Source: Amoebidium appalachense
Taxonomy: Eukaryota > Protista > Ichthyosporea
Length of the DNA stretch: 64,000 bases
Direction: 5' to 3'
NCBI GenBank assembly: GCA_963693365.1
Contig: CAVNZM010000016.1
Span: forward strand, 1,805,538 to 1,869,537
Shown piece after piece: positions 63,659 to 64,000 of this stretch (positions within the stretch are counted from its first letter, which is position 1; every line of letters starts with the position of its first letter). A program made the position numbers and the translations under genes. The notes under the pieces are model-generated. The model saw only the letters and a list, made by a program, of their open reading frames with translations. It was not told the origin of the DNA and made no database searches.

Positions 63659-64000
63659 GGGGGGGGGGGGAGGGAGGGGTATACGTGTGTGTACGTGTGT
63701 GTGTATGTGTTTGTGTGTGCGTGCTTGGGTGCGCTGGTGGGTGCTTGCCTGGGTGCGTGTGTGCGTGCATGCGTGTGGGTGTGTGCTGAATGCGTGCTTG
63801 CCTGCATGCCTGCATGCGTGTAAGCCTGCCTGCGTGCAAGCATGCATGGCTGTACGTGTGTGTGTGTGTGTGTGTGTGTGCGTGCAAACTGAAGGTCATA
63901 TTTGGACCTGTATTCCTGTGTTCAGGTGTGCTTGTTTGACTAACTGGTTGCTTTGTACGGCTATGAATAACTCTGTGAATGTGTGCATCTGCTTTTGGCC

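Overview
Eukaryotic nuclear DNA with long introns full of (CA)n/(TG)n microsatellites and poly-G/poly-C runs. The style is compatible with a unicellular holozoan such as an ichthyosporean, but that is inference only. Almost all ORFs in the supplied track are microsatellite artefacts, so genes were rebuilt by hand from GT-AG exons. Supported genes: the 5' exon of a PKD-like kinase (-), the 3' exons of a PKD/CAMK-like kinase (+), HSP90 co-chaperone p23 (-), two tandem sigma-like GSTs (-), a SelW/Rdx-family selenoprotein (+), an orphan ORF, a bacterial-type acetamidase/formamidase (+), a complete 12-exon APEH (-) and exon 1 of NOP16 (+). The selenoprotein is invisible in the ORF track because of an in-frame UGA. 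It has an atypical vicinal Cys-Sec motif, and its canonical SECIS lies in a separate 3'-UTR exon. Non-genic features: a 3-kb TA-flanked TIR element, a 2.07-kb hAT-type element with a perfect 8-bp TSD, MITE/foldback elements, a dispersed SINE-like repeat, and an AT-rich mitochondrial insertion carrying a decayed atp6 5' end. Many introns are G/GT-rich at the 5' end and C/CA-rich at the 3' end, which suggests base-pairing-assisted splicing.
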